Origin: Octopus vulgaris
Taxonomy: Eukaryota
NCBI GenBank assembly: GCA_951406725.2
Contig: OX597832.1
Coordinates: 55,800,001 to 55,864,000, forward strand
Reading direction: 5' to 3'
Length of the DNA: 64,000 nucleotides
Shown: piece after piece, positions 41,656 through 53,712 of the stretch
Numbering within the stretch: position 1 is the first letter of the stretch
Layout of the letters: every line of letters begins with the position of its first letter
Made by a program: the position numbers and the translations under genes
Notes under the pieces: model-generated
Databases searched by the model: none
The model's input: the letters and a program-made list of their open reading frames with translations, nothing else
What the model was told of the DNA's origin: nothing

Positions 41656-41967
41656 TTACATTATTTACATTATTTACATTCGACGAATATTTCTCCTCAT
41701 CTTGTTTGTTAACACAACGCTTCGGCTGATATACCCTCCAGCCTTCATTAGGTGTCTTGGGGGTAATTTCGAACCTGGGTTCTCATTCGGAAGGTATTTT
41801 TCGATGTTGTTGTTGTTATTGTCAGTATTATTATTATTATTATTATTATCATCATTATTATTATTATTATTATTGTTCAGGTCACTGCTTGGAATCGAAC
41901 TCGGAATCTTGGGGTTCGTAGCACGTGCTCTTAACCACTACGCCATATGCCCGTGTGCATATATGGG
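41656..41967 (-). mobile_element. tRNA-headed SINE-like element carrying a degenerate hammerhead
   Basis: A box TGGCGTAGTGG (41935-41945), B box GAGTTCGATTCC (41891-41902), hammerhead 41711-41756, (tgtaaataa)n tail, TSD caaatatagac(a/t)tat. Confidence 0.78.
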
Positions 41968-42039
41968 CAAATATAGACTTATCACATCGAAAACAAGTCA
42001 TTAATTCACCGAGCACGATAATAATAACAATAATAATAA

Positions 42040-43130
42040 TGGTTTCAAATTTTGCTACAAGGGCAGCCATTTTGGGGTAGGAGATGAGTGGATTACACAG
42101 CGACACCAGTTCTCAACTTGTACTTATTTTTTCGACCCCTCAAAGAATGAAAGGCAAAGTCGACCTTGGCGGAATTTGAAGTCAGAACGTAACGGCAGAC
42201 GAAATACCTATTTCTTTACTACCCACAAGGGGCTAAACACAGAGAGGACAAACAAAGATAGACAACCGGATTAAGTCGATTATATCGACCCCAGTGCGTA
42301 ACTGGTCCTTAATTTATCGACCCTGAAAGGATGAAAGGCAAAATCGACCTCGGCGGAATTTGAACTCAGAACGTAGCGGCAGACGAAATACTGCTAAGCA
42401 TTTCGCCTGACGTGCTAACGTTTCTGCCAGCTCGCCGTCTTATGAACAATAATAATAACAATCTTTTCTACAATAGGCACAAGGCCTGCAATTTTTTCGG
42501 GAAGGGGGGGGGGGAGATTAATCGATTACATCGACTCCAGTGTTTCACTGGTACTTAATTTATCGACCCCGAAAGGATGAAAGGCAAAGTCGATCTAAGC
42601 GGAATTTGAACTCACAACTTAAAGACGGACGAAATAGCGCAAAGCATTTCGTCCGGCGTGCTGACGATTCTGCCAGCTGACCGCCCTCATAATAATGATA
42701 ATTCTTTCTACTACTAGCAGAAGGCCTGGAATATTAGGGGGAGGGGATCAATCGATTACATCGACCCCCAGCACTCAACTGGTACTTATTTTATCGACCT
42801 CGAAAGGATAAAAAGCAAAGTCAACCTCGGCGGAATTTGAATACAGAATGTGAAGCCGGACGAAATGCCGCCAAACATTTTTCCGGCCGTGCTAAAGATT
42901 CTGCTATCTCGTCGCCCTCATAATTAGGATGCTTTGTGTCTTTAGTATAGGCACAAGGCCTGAAATTTGGGGAAGGGCTTAAGTCGATCACATCGGCCAC
43001 AGTACTAAACTGGTACTTATTCTATCGATCCCGAAAGGATAAAAGGCAAAGCCGACCTCGGTGGGATTTGAACTCAGAACGTAAAACCAGAAAAAGAAAT
43101 GTCTCTAAGCATTTTGTCTGACGCTCTAGC
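42040..43130 (-). mobile_element. Cluster of about five family A SINE units
   Basis: Repeated tcgaccccgaaaggatgaaaggcaaagtcgacc...gaatttgaactc; several units separated by short TAA runs. Confidence 0.85.
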
Positions 43131-44355
43131 AATTCATCCACAATACAACGCCACCAATAAAAACTCTATGATAAAATACTGTTTGAGAATCTTATACTAA
43201 ATGTAATTTCTTTCACCCCCGCTCAAATTTCTCGAAGCTACAGGGGACAGCATGTCCTTAGTAAATCCTGGCACAGCTGGACTTGTGCAAACAAACCGTA
43301 CATAAAGAATTTTTTAATGTTGATAGAGTCTTTGTTATTTTTTTTTCTGCAACCTTTAAATTATATTTTATTAACAACATATTTTTATAGGAAGAAAACG
43401 AAAGAAAAAAAAGCCCTTAAAAGTGACATAAAGTTTAAATTATCGAGTAAGAAACCATTACTGCCTAATCGAGGAATCAATAAAGAAAAAGAACAAAGGT
43501 TGGTGGGGGGGGGGGATTAAGGAAGAGAAGGTGGTCTGAGGTGTTGATGGTGGTGGGGAAACGGGTTATACACACCAGGAGTGGTATGTTTAACCGCTCC
43601 TTGCAGACATGATTGCTAAGGCGTTGCCGTGGAGGATCCCCGGCGACACTCGTTGCAACAGCCATCTAACGTCGCGGGGATCAATTCCCAGACAGGTCGT
43701 ATTGACCTTCTGTGTTTTTCTTTCTTCTTTTTTTTTTTTTTGCAAGGTCACTCACCTTTGACCTCTTCGACGTTAAATTTTCGTATCAACATGCTTAGCT
43801 CACACCGCATCTTTCAAACCGTGGGAAACGCATTTCGGTTAAACCCAGCATAAAATACAGTGCCATAAAAAATACATGAAAAACAATCTACACACACACA
43901 CATACTTACACACACACACACACACGCAAACACACATACTTACACACACACACACACACAAACACACACAAACACACACACCATGAACGCTTGTAAACAC
44001 GTATATCTACACACACATGCATGCCTGCATGTGTACATACATATACGCACATACACTTTCACACATACATATATTCACACATATGCACGTTCATACATAT
44101 ATGCATGCATTTATGCATACATATATATAAACGTACATACATACGTACGCATGTTCATATATATATATACATGTATTTATGCACACACACACACATACAC
44201 ACACATATATATAAACATACGTAATACATATATAAATTCATTCATACATATATACATACATGCATACATTCATACGTACGCACAACCATACATACGTACG
44301 CACAACCATACATACATACATATATATATACATACATACATATATACATACATAT

Positions 44356-44386
<31 letters not shown>

Positions 44387-44739
44387 CATACATGCATTCA
44401 TTCATACGTACGCACATAGATACATACATACATACATACATACGTACATACATACATACATACATACATGCATGCATGCATACATACATACATACATACA
44501 TACATGCATGCATGCATACATACATACATACATACATACATACATACATAAATGCATACATACATACATACATGCATACATACAACATGCATACATATAT
44601 ACATTCATACATACATACATACATACATGCATACATTCATACATACATACATACATTCATACATGCATACATACATGCATACATACATACATACATACAT
44701 ACATACATACATACGTACGTACATACATACATACATCCG

Positions 44740-45190
44740 CTGGACAGCTGAGCAGCTGCCCAGCGAAGGTGAATGTACCATCACAAGTCCAGGAAAAAGA
44801 GAACATTTATAGTGAATTAATACGGAAATTACAGCTCTTGTATTCTGACGATAAATTCACAATTGTACTTATCATCATAAGTGTATTAGGCTACGACCTA
44901 CAAACGTACTTAATATCATAGAAATGCTAGGTTTTTCAAAGAAAGTGCAGAAGAAACTGACGCGCATTCTCCAAGTCAAATCTATTTGCAGCACAATGAA
45001 GTTTAGTAAGACACTCAAAAGATCCTTCATCTGAGATTCTTTAGTTGAACAGATGCTCACACTTGGGTGTGTGTGTATCGACAGCTCAGCCAACACACCA
45101 ACACAACCACTTATTTACAAACACAGGGAAAAAGTTTTGTTGCTTTCTTAGCGACCGGCTTTAGCTTTCTTAAGTAGAACTAAAAAAGTA
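44740..45190 (+). pseudogene. 3' remnant of an RLE non-LTR retrotransposon (R4/Dong-like, distinct family)
   Basis: SCPAKVNV...EKENIYSELIRKLQLLYSDDKFTIVLIIISVLGY parallels the RLE C-terminus (K..KY..L...IPVVIGALG); begins directly after (TACA)n. Confidence 0.55.
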
Positions 45191-45421
45191 TTAATATATA
45201 TATGTTTATATCTTCATATATATTTGGTTGTATCTTTTATTTGCTCCCCGCTCTCTCTCTCTCTCCATTTATATATTTATAGAGAGAGAAGGGGGGGAGA
45301 CGTAGGCGTTGCTGTGTGGTAAGAAGCTTGCTTTCCAACCACGTAGTTCTGTGTTCAGTCCCACTGCATGGAACCTTGCACAAGTCTCTTCAAATATTGC
45401 ATCGGGCGGACCATAGCCTTC

Positions 45422-45527
<106 letters not shown>

Positions 45528-45581
45528 TAGATATACATATATATATGCATATACATATATAATTATATATACATATACATA

Positions 45582-45652
<71 letters not shown>

Positions 45653-46369
45653 ATATATATATATATATATATATAAAGACTACAAAAAATGGGTCAAGAA
45701 CGCAAAACATCCAGACAGCTGGATGATGCAAAATGGGACAACAAAACAACCAGACAGATGATACAAAAAGGGGACAAGAGAAAAACGGACGGGTCATTCG
45801 AAATTTTCTTTCTTCAGTCGCGTTCCAGATTATCTTTGCAATTTTGTTTATATATATTTATTTTTATATGTGTGTGTGTTTGTCTGTATTTGTCTCCCAC
45901 TACCGCTCGACAACCGATTGCTGGTATGTTTACGGTCCCGTAACTTAGCGCTTCGGCACAATGGCAACGACAGGTTAAGTACCAGGTTTATTCGACTGGG
46001 ATGGGATCGTTTCATTCGACTAAAAATTCTTCAAGGCGTTGCCCCAGCATGGCCGCAGTCTACGGACTGAAACTTGTTTCAGTGAATGGCAAATGATAAG
46101 AAACATATATGCTGTCAGAATTTTATCCGGAACATTTCTATAACGATCAACAAATATATTCGCCACCGCTCTTATCTGAATACGAACGATGGATCTTTGT
46201 TCGTCTGATAGAAGCCATTTCTCTATTTTCTCGGAAGAATTCAAATAATTTTAAAAAGCTATATTATCTCACACACACGGACACACAAGCACACACACAC
46301 ATTAATACACATACACCAACATATAATATAAATGTGTGTGTGTATGTGTATATATATATATATGTGTAT

Positions 46370-46443
<74 letters not shown>

Positions 46444-46467
46444 GTGTGTGTGTGTATATATACATAC

Positions 46468-46512
<45 letters not shown>

Positions 46513-47449
46513 AGAGTTTACGAAACACACACATACGTACAGATAAGTGTGTGTCTGTATTTGTATGTAAATATGTATCTGTATATGTATGTGTGTATGT
46601 AAGACGAGTAGATATTTTTTTTAAGTACAAATATCTTTGGAGCGTTACAATTTTATAATCCGATATAAAAATAAAAACCCAAAAAAGAAGCAAGATATAT
46701 AACAAACACTCGACAAAAACATAAAAACGAAAAAAATAAATGTCTTGGAGTTTAAAAGTAGAACAGCGTAATTCCTTCAAGCACTGCCAAAGTAAACAAA
46801 CGAGGTTTTTTTTTTCGTATTTGTAATTTGTAATTCGGTGAAAATGTTTGTATATTATTTGTAAAATAGATGCTAACACGTTTAATGTAGCGAGTATGAC
46901 GTCATCGCTAGAACTGTATCGGAGAGAGATTGATACTGTGAACGAATTCTTGAATCAACTAAATGCAAGGGCGACAACTCAACATTGCTTTTTTTTTGGG
47001 AATGCAGCCACACTGGGGCACTGTCATAAAGGGTTTAGTCGAATGAGTCGACCGCAGTGCTCGCTTTATTTTAAAACTGAGTGCCTATTCTATCGGCGTC
47101 TGCTGTCGAACAGCAAAGTTCAGATGTATACAAACCAACACCGGTTGTCAGGCGGTGTGCGAGGAAAAACACAAATGCAACAGACATACACAAGCACACA
47201 CACATACATACAAGCACTCGCATACACATAAATACACACGCGCGCACACAGACACGTACCACACGCGTGCACATACACACATACACAAACACTGACACAC
47301 AGGTGTATACGTATACAAAGGCTTCTTTCAGTTTCCGTCAACCATCTACACACAAGGCTTTGATCGGTCAGGGGCTATAGTATAGGACACTTGCCCAAGA
47401 TACCTGCCTGCAGTGGAACTGAACTCGGAACCATTTGGTTGGTAAGCAA

Positions 47450-47722
47450 ACTTCGGCGGAATTTGAACTCAGAACGTAACGGCAGACAAAATACCTATTT
47501 CTTTATTGCCCACAAGGGGCTACACACAGAGGGGACAAACAGGGACAGACAGATTAAGTCGATTATATCGACCGCAGTGCGTAACTGGTACTTATTTAAT
47601 CGACCCCGAAAGGATGAAAGGGTAAGTCGACCTCGGCGTAATTTGAACTCAGAACGTAGCGGCAGACGAAATACCGCTAAGCATTTCGCCCGGCGTGCTA
47701 ACGACTCTACCAGCTCACCGCT
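47450..47722 (-). mobile_element. SINE family A with partial second unit, abutting a family B copy (46995-47450)
   Basis: Same gaaata|ggtatt junction at 47491-47500. Confidence 0.85.
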
Positions 47723-48289
47723 TTATATCATGTATATATCGATGTTTTTAATCATGTGTACTAAGTGAACATCAATAGCAATTACTTGAGTTGGAATATA
47801 GCTATCATATACTAACAATTTCGAAGAAATATATATATAAAAAAAGGACATCTAATAAATAGATTCGGAAATGTTATTTTAAAGTTTGTATTGCTTCTAA
47901 GAAAAGAGATATTCTATAAAAAAAAATGGAGGAAAAGAATTTTTAAAAGCTTTTAATTGCTAATCTTTTCTAGAAGTGGTTGTAGACTCATTCAGAAGAG
48001 TCTTGTTAATTAAGCGGTTCCAGAATGGTGCCGTGTAATTGAATAAGTTGAATATAGTGGTCTCAAAGATGCTGTGTCGAAATTTGAATGTAGATACATC
48101 ACACGCAGACCTCGTGACTTTGGGTTCAGTTCATTGCTCGGCGGCACAATGGACAATTGCTTTCTATTATAACCCAGGGCCATCCAAACTCTTTTGAATG
48201 GATTTGGTAAACGGAAACTAAAAGAAGCACGCACACACACAAAAAAAACACACATTTTATATATGTGTTTATATAAGCAATTAGAATGA

Positions 48290-48626
48290 GGAGACCCCAT
48301 TCGGTCATGATTGGCCATGGGATTGCACCTAGAAAGTTACCCTCCGAGGCACAAGTCTGGGCAAGGTTGTTTGTGGAAGACCAGCAGTCGCCCATGCATA
48401 CCAGCCTCCCCTCTCCACGCCACTGATGTTATCCAAGAGAAAGGCAAAGGCCTATACAGCTTGCCACCGGTGGCATCGCAACTCATTTCTACAGCTGAGT
48501 TAACTGGAGCAACATGAAATAAAATGTCTTGCTCAAGAACACAACACGCAGTCCGGTCCGGGAATCGAATTCACAACCTCACGATCATAAGCTCGACGCT
48601 CTAACCAGTGAGCCATGCACCTTCAC
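48290..48626 (-). mobile_element. tRNA-derived SINE with 15-bp TSD
   Basis: TSD aagcaattagaatga at 48275-48289 and 48627-48641; A/B boxes on the minus strand. Confidence 0.9.
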
Positions 48627-48675
48627 AAGCAATTAGAATGATAAAGGAATAAACTATTATGTTATGAACTTCATT

Positions 48676-48757
48676 AGCTTAACAGCTGTTTCTGTTATGA
48701 GATGTAATACACTTATAGATGAATGCTTGAGTATCACCCTACAGCTTCTTCAGAGCT
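48676..48757 (-). ncRNA. Degenerate hammerhead motif with long stem II
   Basis: AGCU-CUGAAGA-(imperfect long hairpin)-GAAACAGCUGUU-AAGCU; palindromic ACAGCUGU stem III; stem I register off by 1 nt. Confidence 0.5.
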
Positions 48758-48899
48758 TCAAACATATGTGTATGTGTGTGTGTGTCTGCGAATTCGTGTG
48801 TGTGTGTGTATCCTCGTTTTGATCTCAATTGCTGGTTGTAAATTAATATTACCGTCATACAAGCACTGCCATTCGTTTCCAGCCTTCTGTTGTTGTGGT

Positions 48900-49350
48900 G
48901 GGCGAAACTGATAGGACTGAAGACAGACACTTTAATCTAAGGCCCAGGCCTCATCGACTTTTTAAAATTCCTCCTAGAAAAGAGGGTTGAGAGAGATGTG
49001 CTACACTCACGCACCCACCCACCCGTAAATTTGTTGAAATTTGGGTGAATGTGGCGAGAATGAGCCGAGTGAGCTAGCCTACTACTCTAAGTTGGCACCT
49101 GTAGGCTAAGAAACATGGAAGAGAGATGAGTACTTGCCTTGGTACTCCTGTGAAGAGAATGGCTTGCGATGTGAAGGATTCTTTTGGTGTTTTACCCCAC
49201 CCCTCCTTTGAGAAATTTGGTAAAAATATTTTTATTGCCATTGATTTTTAATTGTGTACATGATATTTTTATTCCTCAAATCCTCACTATCCTTCGTCAT
49301 TGCACTATTCTAACTGTCTTTCGCAGCTCATGTTGCCAATAAAGAAAGGA
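48900..49350 (+). pseudogene. L1/Tx1-like LINE 3' remnant
   Basis: GLKTDTLI*GPGLIDFLKF...RVERDVL followed by a 3' UTR ending caataaagaaa; homologous peptide at ~55100-55260. Clade assignment is from memory. Confidence 0.55.
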
Positions 49351-49409
49351 TTATCATTATTGTTGTTGTTGTTATTATTATTATTATTTTTTTTTTTTTT
49401 TTTTTTTTT

Positions 49410-49750
49410 TTCTTCTTCTTTCAAATTTGCTTCCATTTCTTGCCGAGCGTCTTCCCGACTCCTAGGGCAAAGAAACTCATAGTATACATTGGTAGGCCAT
49501 TAAACCAAACTCAATAGTTCGTTCATTTAAAAAAATTTTTTTTTTTTTAAAGTTATATTAAAATACATGGGCAGTAACAGTTCTCACATCGACAATGCTC
49601 TTCTCAATACGTGTGATGTACCAGTTAAGACAATCTTTTGCACTTCTTGCAGGGATGGTAAGCCAGGGATCATTCTCATATAATTTTCGGTTCCCTTCTT
49701 GATCATTCCTAGTGCTCCGACGATCACTGGTATTGTAACCTGCTCCTACG
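49410..49750 (-). mobile_element. Heavily 5'-truncated R4/Dong-like element, second subfamily, between TAA tracts
   Basis: 49739-49584 encodes VTIPVIVGALGMIKKGTENYMRMIPGLPSLQEVQKIVLTGTSHVLRRALSM*, which aligns without gaps to the C-terminus of ORF 51415-53004. Confidence 0.9.
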
Positions 49751-49782
49751 ATATTATTATTATTATTATTTGTATTAGTATT

Positions 49783-49813
<31 letters not shown>

Positions 49814-50178
49814 CCATCATTAAGGCGGCTGGCTGGCAGATTCGTTAGCACGCCTCGCGAAATGCTTAGTGCTATTTCGTCTGGCGCTACGTTGTGAGTT
49901 CAAATTCCGCCTAGGTCGACTTTGCCTCTCATCCTTTCGGGGTCGATAAATTAAATACCAGTTGCGTACTAGGGTCGATCTAATTTCAGGCCTCTTGCCT
50001 ATAGAAGCAAAGATTATTATTATCTCATCATCATCATCATCATCATCATTATTATTAGGTCGACTTTGCCTTTCATCCTTTCGAGGTCGATAAATTAAGT
50101 ACCAGTTGAGTACTGGGTCGATACGATCGACTTACCCCTTCCCTCAAAATTTCAGGCCTTGTGCCAATAGCGGAAAAG

Positions 50179-50229
<51 letters not shown>

Positions 50230-51060
50230 GAGTGAGAAAGCAGTGCATGCCATCAAAGAGACACTGGGGTAAAATATACGAAGCTCAGTATACCCATCAT
50301 GACTACCCGTCTGATAAGGGTACACTAGGTACATGCATCACAACCATATGTGCACGACATGGTGATCTCATATCAAGACAAACAGCGCATGACCTTGCAG
50401 GTGGGGCCCAGTTAGAATTTTCTTCTGGTCGAGTAGCCCATCCCGCTCAAAAGGTCCCTGAATAAGGATTGTTTAAGGATATTGAACGAAACGCTCATGT
50501 TTCCAAAGGTGAAATTATCCAAACCACCAAGAATTCCTTTCAACACACGACTATGATGCTCCCCCACTACTTCTGCTCATGATCAGAGATGCACATATCG
50601 TCAGCCACTAAGGGACATGCTCAACTGGTTAAGTTCAAACAACTGACAAGCAAATCTGTGGTATTGAGCAGAATATAGAATATAGAATCTTTGCTTCTAT
50701 ATTAGGGCGGCGAGCTGGCAGAAACGTTAGCACGCCGGGCGAAATGCGTAGCCGTATTTCGTCTGTCGTTACGTTGAGTTCAAATTCCGCTGAGGTCGAC
50801 TTTGCCTTTCATCCTTTCGGGGTCGATAAATTAAGTACCAGTTACGCACTGGGGGCGATGCAATCGTCTTAATCCCTTTGTCTGTCTTTGTTTGTCCCCT
50901 CTATGTTTAGCCCCTTGTGGGTAATAAAGAAATAGGTATTGAGCAGAATATTTGCTGTAGCCTATCTTTTATACCAAGACGAAACAATGTACATGATAAC
51001 ACTTCCAATCAGTTAAGATCAGAAGCCATGAGAGCCACTGCCTGGCACTGCATCAGGCCA
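50230..51060. mobile_element. Non-coding element between (TAA)n tracts with a nested family A SINE (50704-50934)
   Basis: Sharp TAA boundaries; the nested SINE is bracketed by the 17-bp repeat ggtattgagcagaatat (50660-50676, 50935-50951). Confidence 0.65.
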
Positions 51061-51097
51061 TTTATTATTATCATTATTATTATAATAATATTATTAT

Positions 51098-51143
<46 letters not shown>

Positions 51144-51148
51144 ATTAC

Positions 51149-51203
<55 letters not shown>

Positions 51204-51204
<1 letters not shown>

Positions 51205-53222
51205 TATGTTTGACTTTTGCTTTATATTTGTACAAGTTGGCTCCAAGTCTCACCCAGAGACCTCAAGAGACAACAGGGTTGGAAGTTCATGTTGTTGTTA
51301 TGCCTAGTGTGCCATATATTTGGGGGGTGGGGATGTTGTACTAATGAATGTCTAAAAAGAAAAGGTTTTTTTTTTTTTTTTAAACCCAAATTATGTTTGT
51401 TTTAAACCTTGAGATTACATAGAGAGTATTTTGCGTAGGATATGAGCAGTTCCCATGAGCACTATCTTTTGAACTTCTGCCATTTTGGGGTTTCCTGGTA
51501 TCTGAGTTAGGTAGCTATCAGCCCCTTTTGCTATCATTCCCAGGGCACCTATGACAACAGGTATTGTTTTAGTCTTCAGCTTCCACATTTTGCTGATTTC
51601 TATTTCAAGATCTTTATATTTGCTCAGTTTTTGGTAGGTCTTGACAGATACGTTTATATCGATTGGGACAGTCATATCAATGAGGAGGCATGTTCTTTGT
51701 TTGAAGTCTTTCAATATGATGTCTGGCCTATTTGCATCTATCTTCCTGTCAGTTTGAATGGTGAAGTTCCAGAGGAGTGAGATGTGGTCATTTTCAAGCA
51801 CTGGGGGTGGTTTGTGTTCCCACCAGTTTTTTTCATGGGGCAAATCCAGGTTTTTACAGATTACCCAGTGAATATATTGTGCAGCTCTATCGTGCCTGTT
51901 GAGATACTCTGTAGGCGCTAGAAGACTGCACTTGGAGACCACATGGTCAATGGTTTCATTTTGTTGCTTGCATACACGACACGTTGGACTGCTTCTGATC
52001 TTTAATATGTTGGCCTGGTAGTTTCTTGTTGGTAGGTATTGATCTTGAGCTGCTATGATAAACCCCTCTGTTTCAGATTTTAAGCCAGAGGCCATTAGCC
52101 ATTGATGGGTCAGGGCTTTGTCGATATCTGCATTATTCGCTCTCTTTGGGTATTTGCCATAGAGAGGTTTTTCTTGCCATTTATTATTCAGAATATCTAA
52201 GGCCGCAGTTTTGGCACGGGTTTTCATGCGCCTAGCTTTTTCTGTGCTTGTTTCTTGTATATCTATCTCTAATTCCGAAATTGGTTGTACTCGGAATTCA
52301 CTTAGATATTCCTTTGCCTGTTTTGTGACTGAGTATGATGCTTTCTTGTTTTCATGTTTTGAGACAAGTTTTAACATCCAGTCCTCAGAGTTTTTCAGGT
52401 AGGTGTCTAGGCCAATTGTAGCAATCTTCATTGTTATTGCCAGTTGCAAAAGACCACGGCCTCCCTCTTTTCTTGGCAGATAGAGTCGTTCTGTATCTGC
52501 CTTAGGGTGGTGCATTCTATGCATTGTCAACAGTTTCCTTATTTTTCTGTCGAGCTGACATATTTCAGTAATTGACCAGTTAACAATATTGAAACTGTAA
52601 GTCACGACTGGTATAGCTAATGCATTGATTGCTTCGATCCTGTTTCTTGCATTCAGCTCTGTCTTGAGTATTGCTCTCACTCTTCGATAGCATTCTCTCC
52701 TGATCCTTTCCTTCATCTCTGAATGCCTTATTCCGTTCCCTTCAATTACCCCTAGGTACTTGTAGCTCTCCGCTGGGTCTAGTTCTTTTATGACATTCTG
52801 TTGGTCAAGGTTAACGTTAGATGTTTCTGTCATTTTTCCTTTGATAAAGGTAGCCTTTGCACATTTATCGAGGCCGAATTGCATTCTGATGTCGTCACTG
52901 AATTGTTTGACTATCGCTAGTAAGCCCTTGAGTTGTTGATCATTTTTTGCAAAAAGCTTTAAATCATCCATGTAAATGAGATGATTTATATTTTTATCAA
53001 ACATTTTATACCCGTACTGCGCGTCATTGAGCAGCTTTGAGAGAGGTATTAAGGATTAACAAAAGAGGAGTGGTGACAGTGAGTCACCCTGGAAAATGCC
53101 ACACGAAATTTTTACATCACCAGCATTTAGGGATTCACTGTCACTGTTCAGAGTTAGTGTGGTTCTCCATGATCTCATACTTACAGTCAAGAAGTTTCGC
53201 AGAGTTGGTGCTATCTTATACA

Positions 53223-53226
<4 letters not shown>
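51204..53226 (-). mobile_element. 5'-truncated R4/Dong-clade non-LTR retrotransposon in (TAA)n
   Basis: RT motifs GIFQGDSLSP and YMDD, CCHC-type knuckle CRVC...H....C, RHD, RLE RPD...IDMTVP...K..KY; TAA arrays at both ends. Confidence 0.95.
51415..53004 (-). CDS. RT C-terminal half plus zinc knuckle plus restriction-like endonuclease
   Basis: 529-aa open frame; the same frame continues upstream to ~53226 apart from one TAA at 53056-53058. Confidence 0.9.
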   Translation of the reverse strand: MFDKNINHLIYMDDLKLFAKNDQQLKGLLAIVKQFSDDIRMQFGLDKCAKATFIKGKMTETSNVNLDQQNVIKELDPAESYKYLGVIEGNGIRHSEMKERIRRECYRRVRAILKTELNARNRIEAINALAIPVVTYSFNIVNWSITEICQLDRKIRKLLTMHRMHHPKADTERLYLPRKEGGRGLLQLAITMKIATIGLDTYLKNSEDWMLKLVSKHENKKASYSVTKQAKEYLSEFRVQPISELEIDIQETSTEKARRMKTRAKTAALDILNNKWQEKPLYGKYPKRANNADIDKALTHQWLMASGLKSETEGFIIAAQDQYLPTRNYQANILKIRSSPTCRVCKQQNETIDHVVSKCSLLAPTEYLNRHDRAAQYIHWVICKNLDLPHEKNWWEHKPPPVLENDHISLLWNFTIQTDRKIDANRPDIILKDFKQRTCLLIDMTVPIDINVSVKTYQKLSKYKDLEIEISKMWKLKTKTIPVVIGALGMIAKGADSYLTQIPGNPKMAEVQKIVLMGTAHILRKILSM

Positions 53227-53281
<55 letters not shown>

Positions 53282-53681
53282 TTACAGAGAAACGACAAAC
53301 GTGTGTGTAAATCATGCGAACACGTTTTATACCCTTCTCTTTGTACCCTATCGTACTTTATATAAAAATGTATATGCGTAACTTGAATGCCTCATATTTT
53401 ATGAGGTATTCAATTTACACATATATACCTACTTACCTAACTACCTACCTACCTACCTACCTACCTACCTACCTACCTACCTACCTACCTACCTACCTAC
53501 CTACCTACCTACCTACATACATACCCGTCGCTGTTCCACGCAGTTCTCATGGTTGCCAGCGGATATTTAGCAGAGTTGCATGTATGCAAGTGAACTCGTG
53601 TGTGTGCATAACACACACACACACACATACACGCATATGTTATATGTATGTGTGAATATATGTTCGGAAGTGTATACGTTT

Positions 53682-53712
<31 letters not shown>

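Noticed and set aside
43607-43695. Possible 89-nt exon (ttgcag|...cag|gtcgta)
   Set aside because: Weak donor, unrecognised peptide, and splicing from the 19208 donor would create an immediate TGA.
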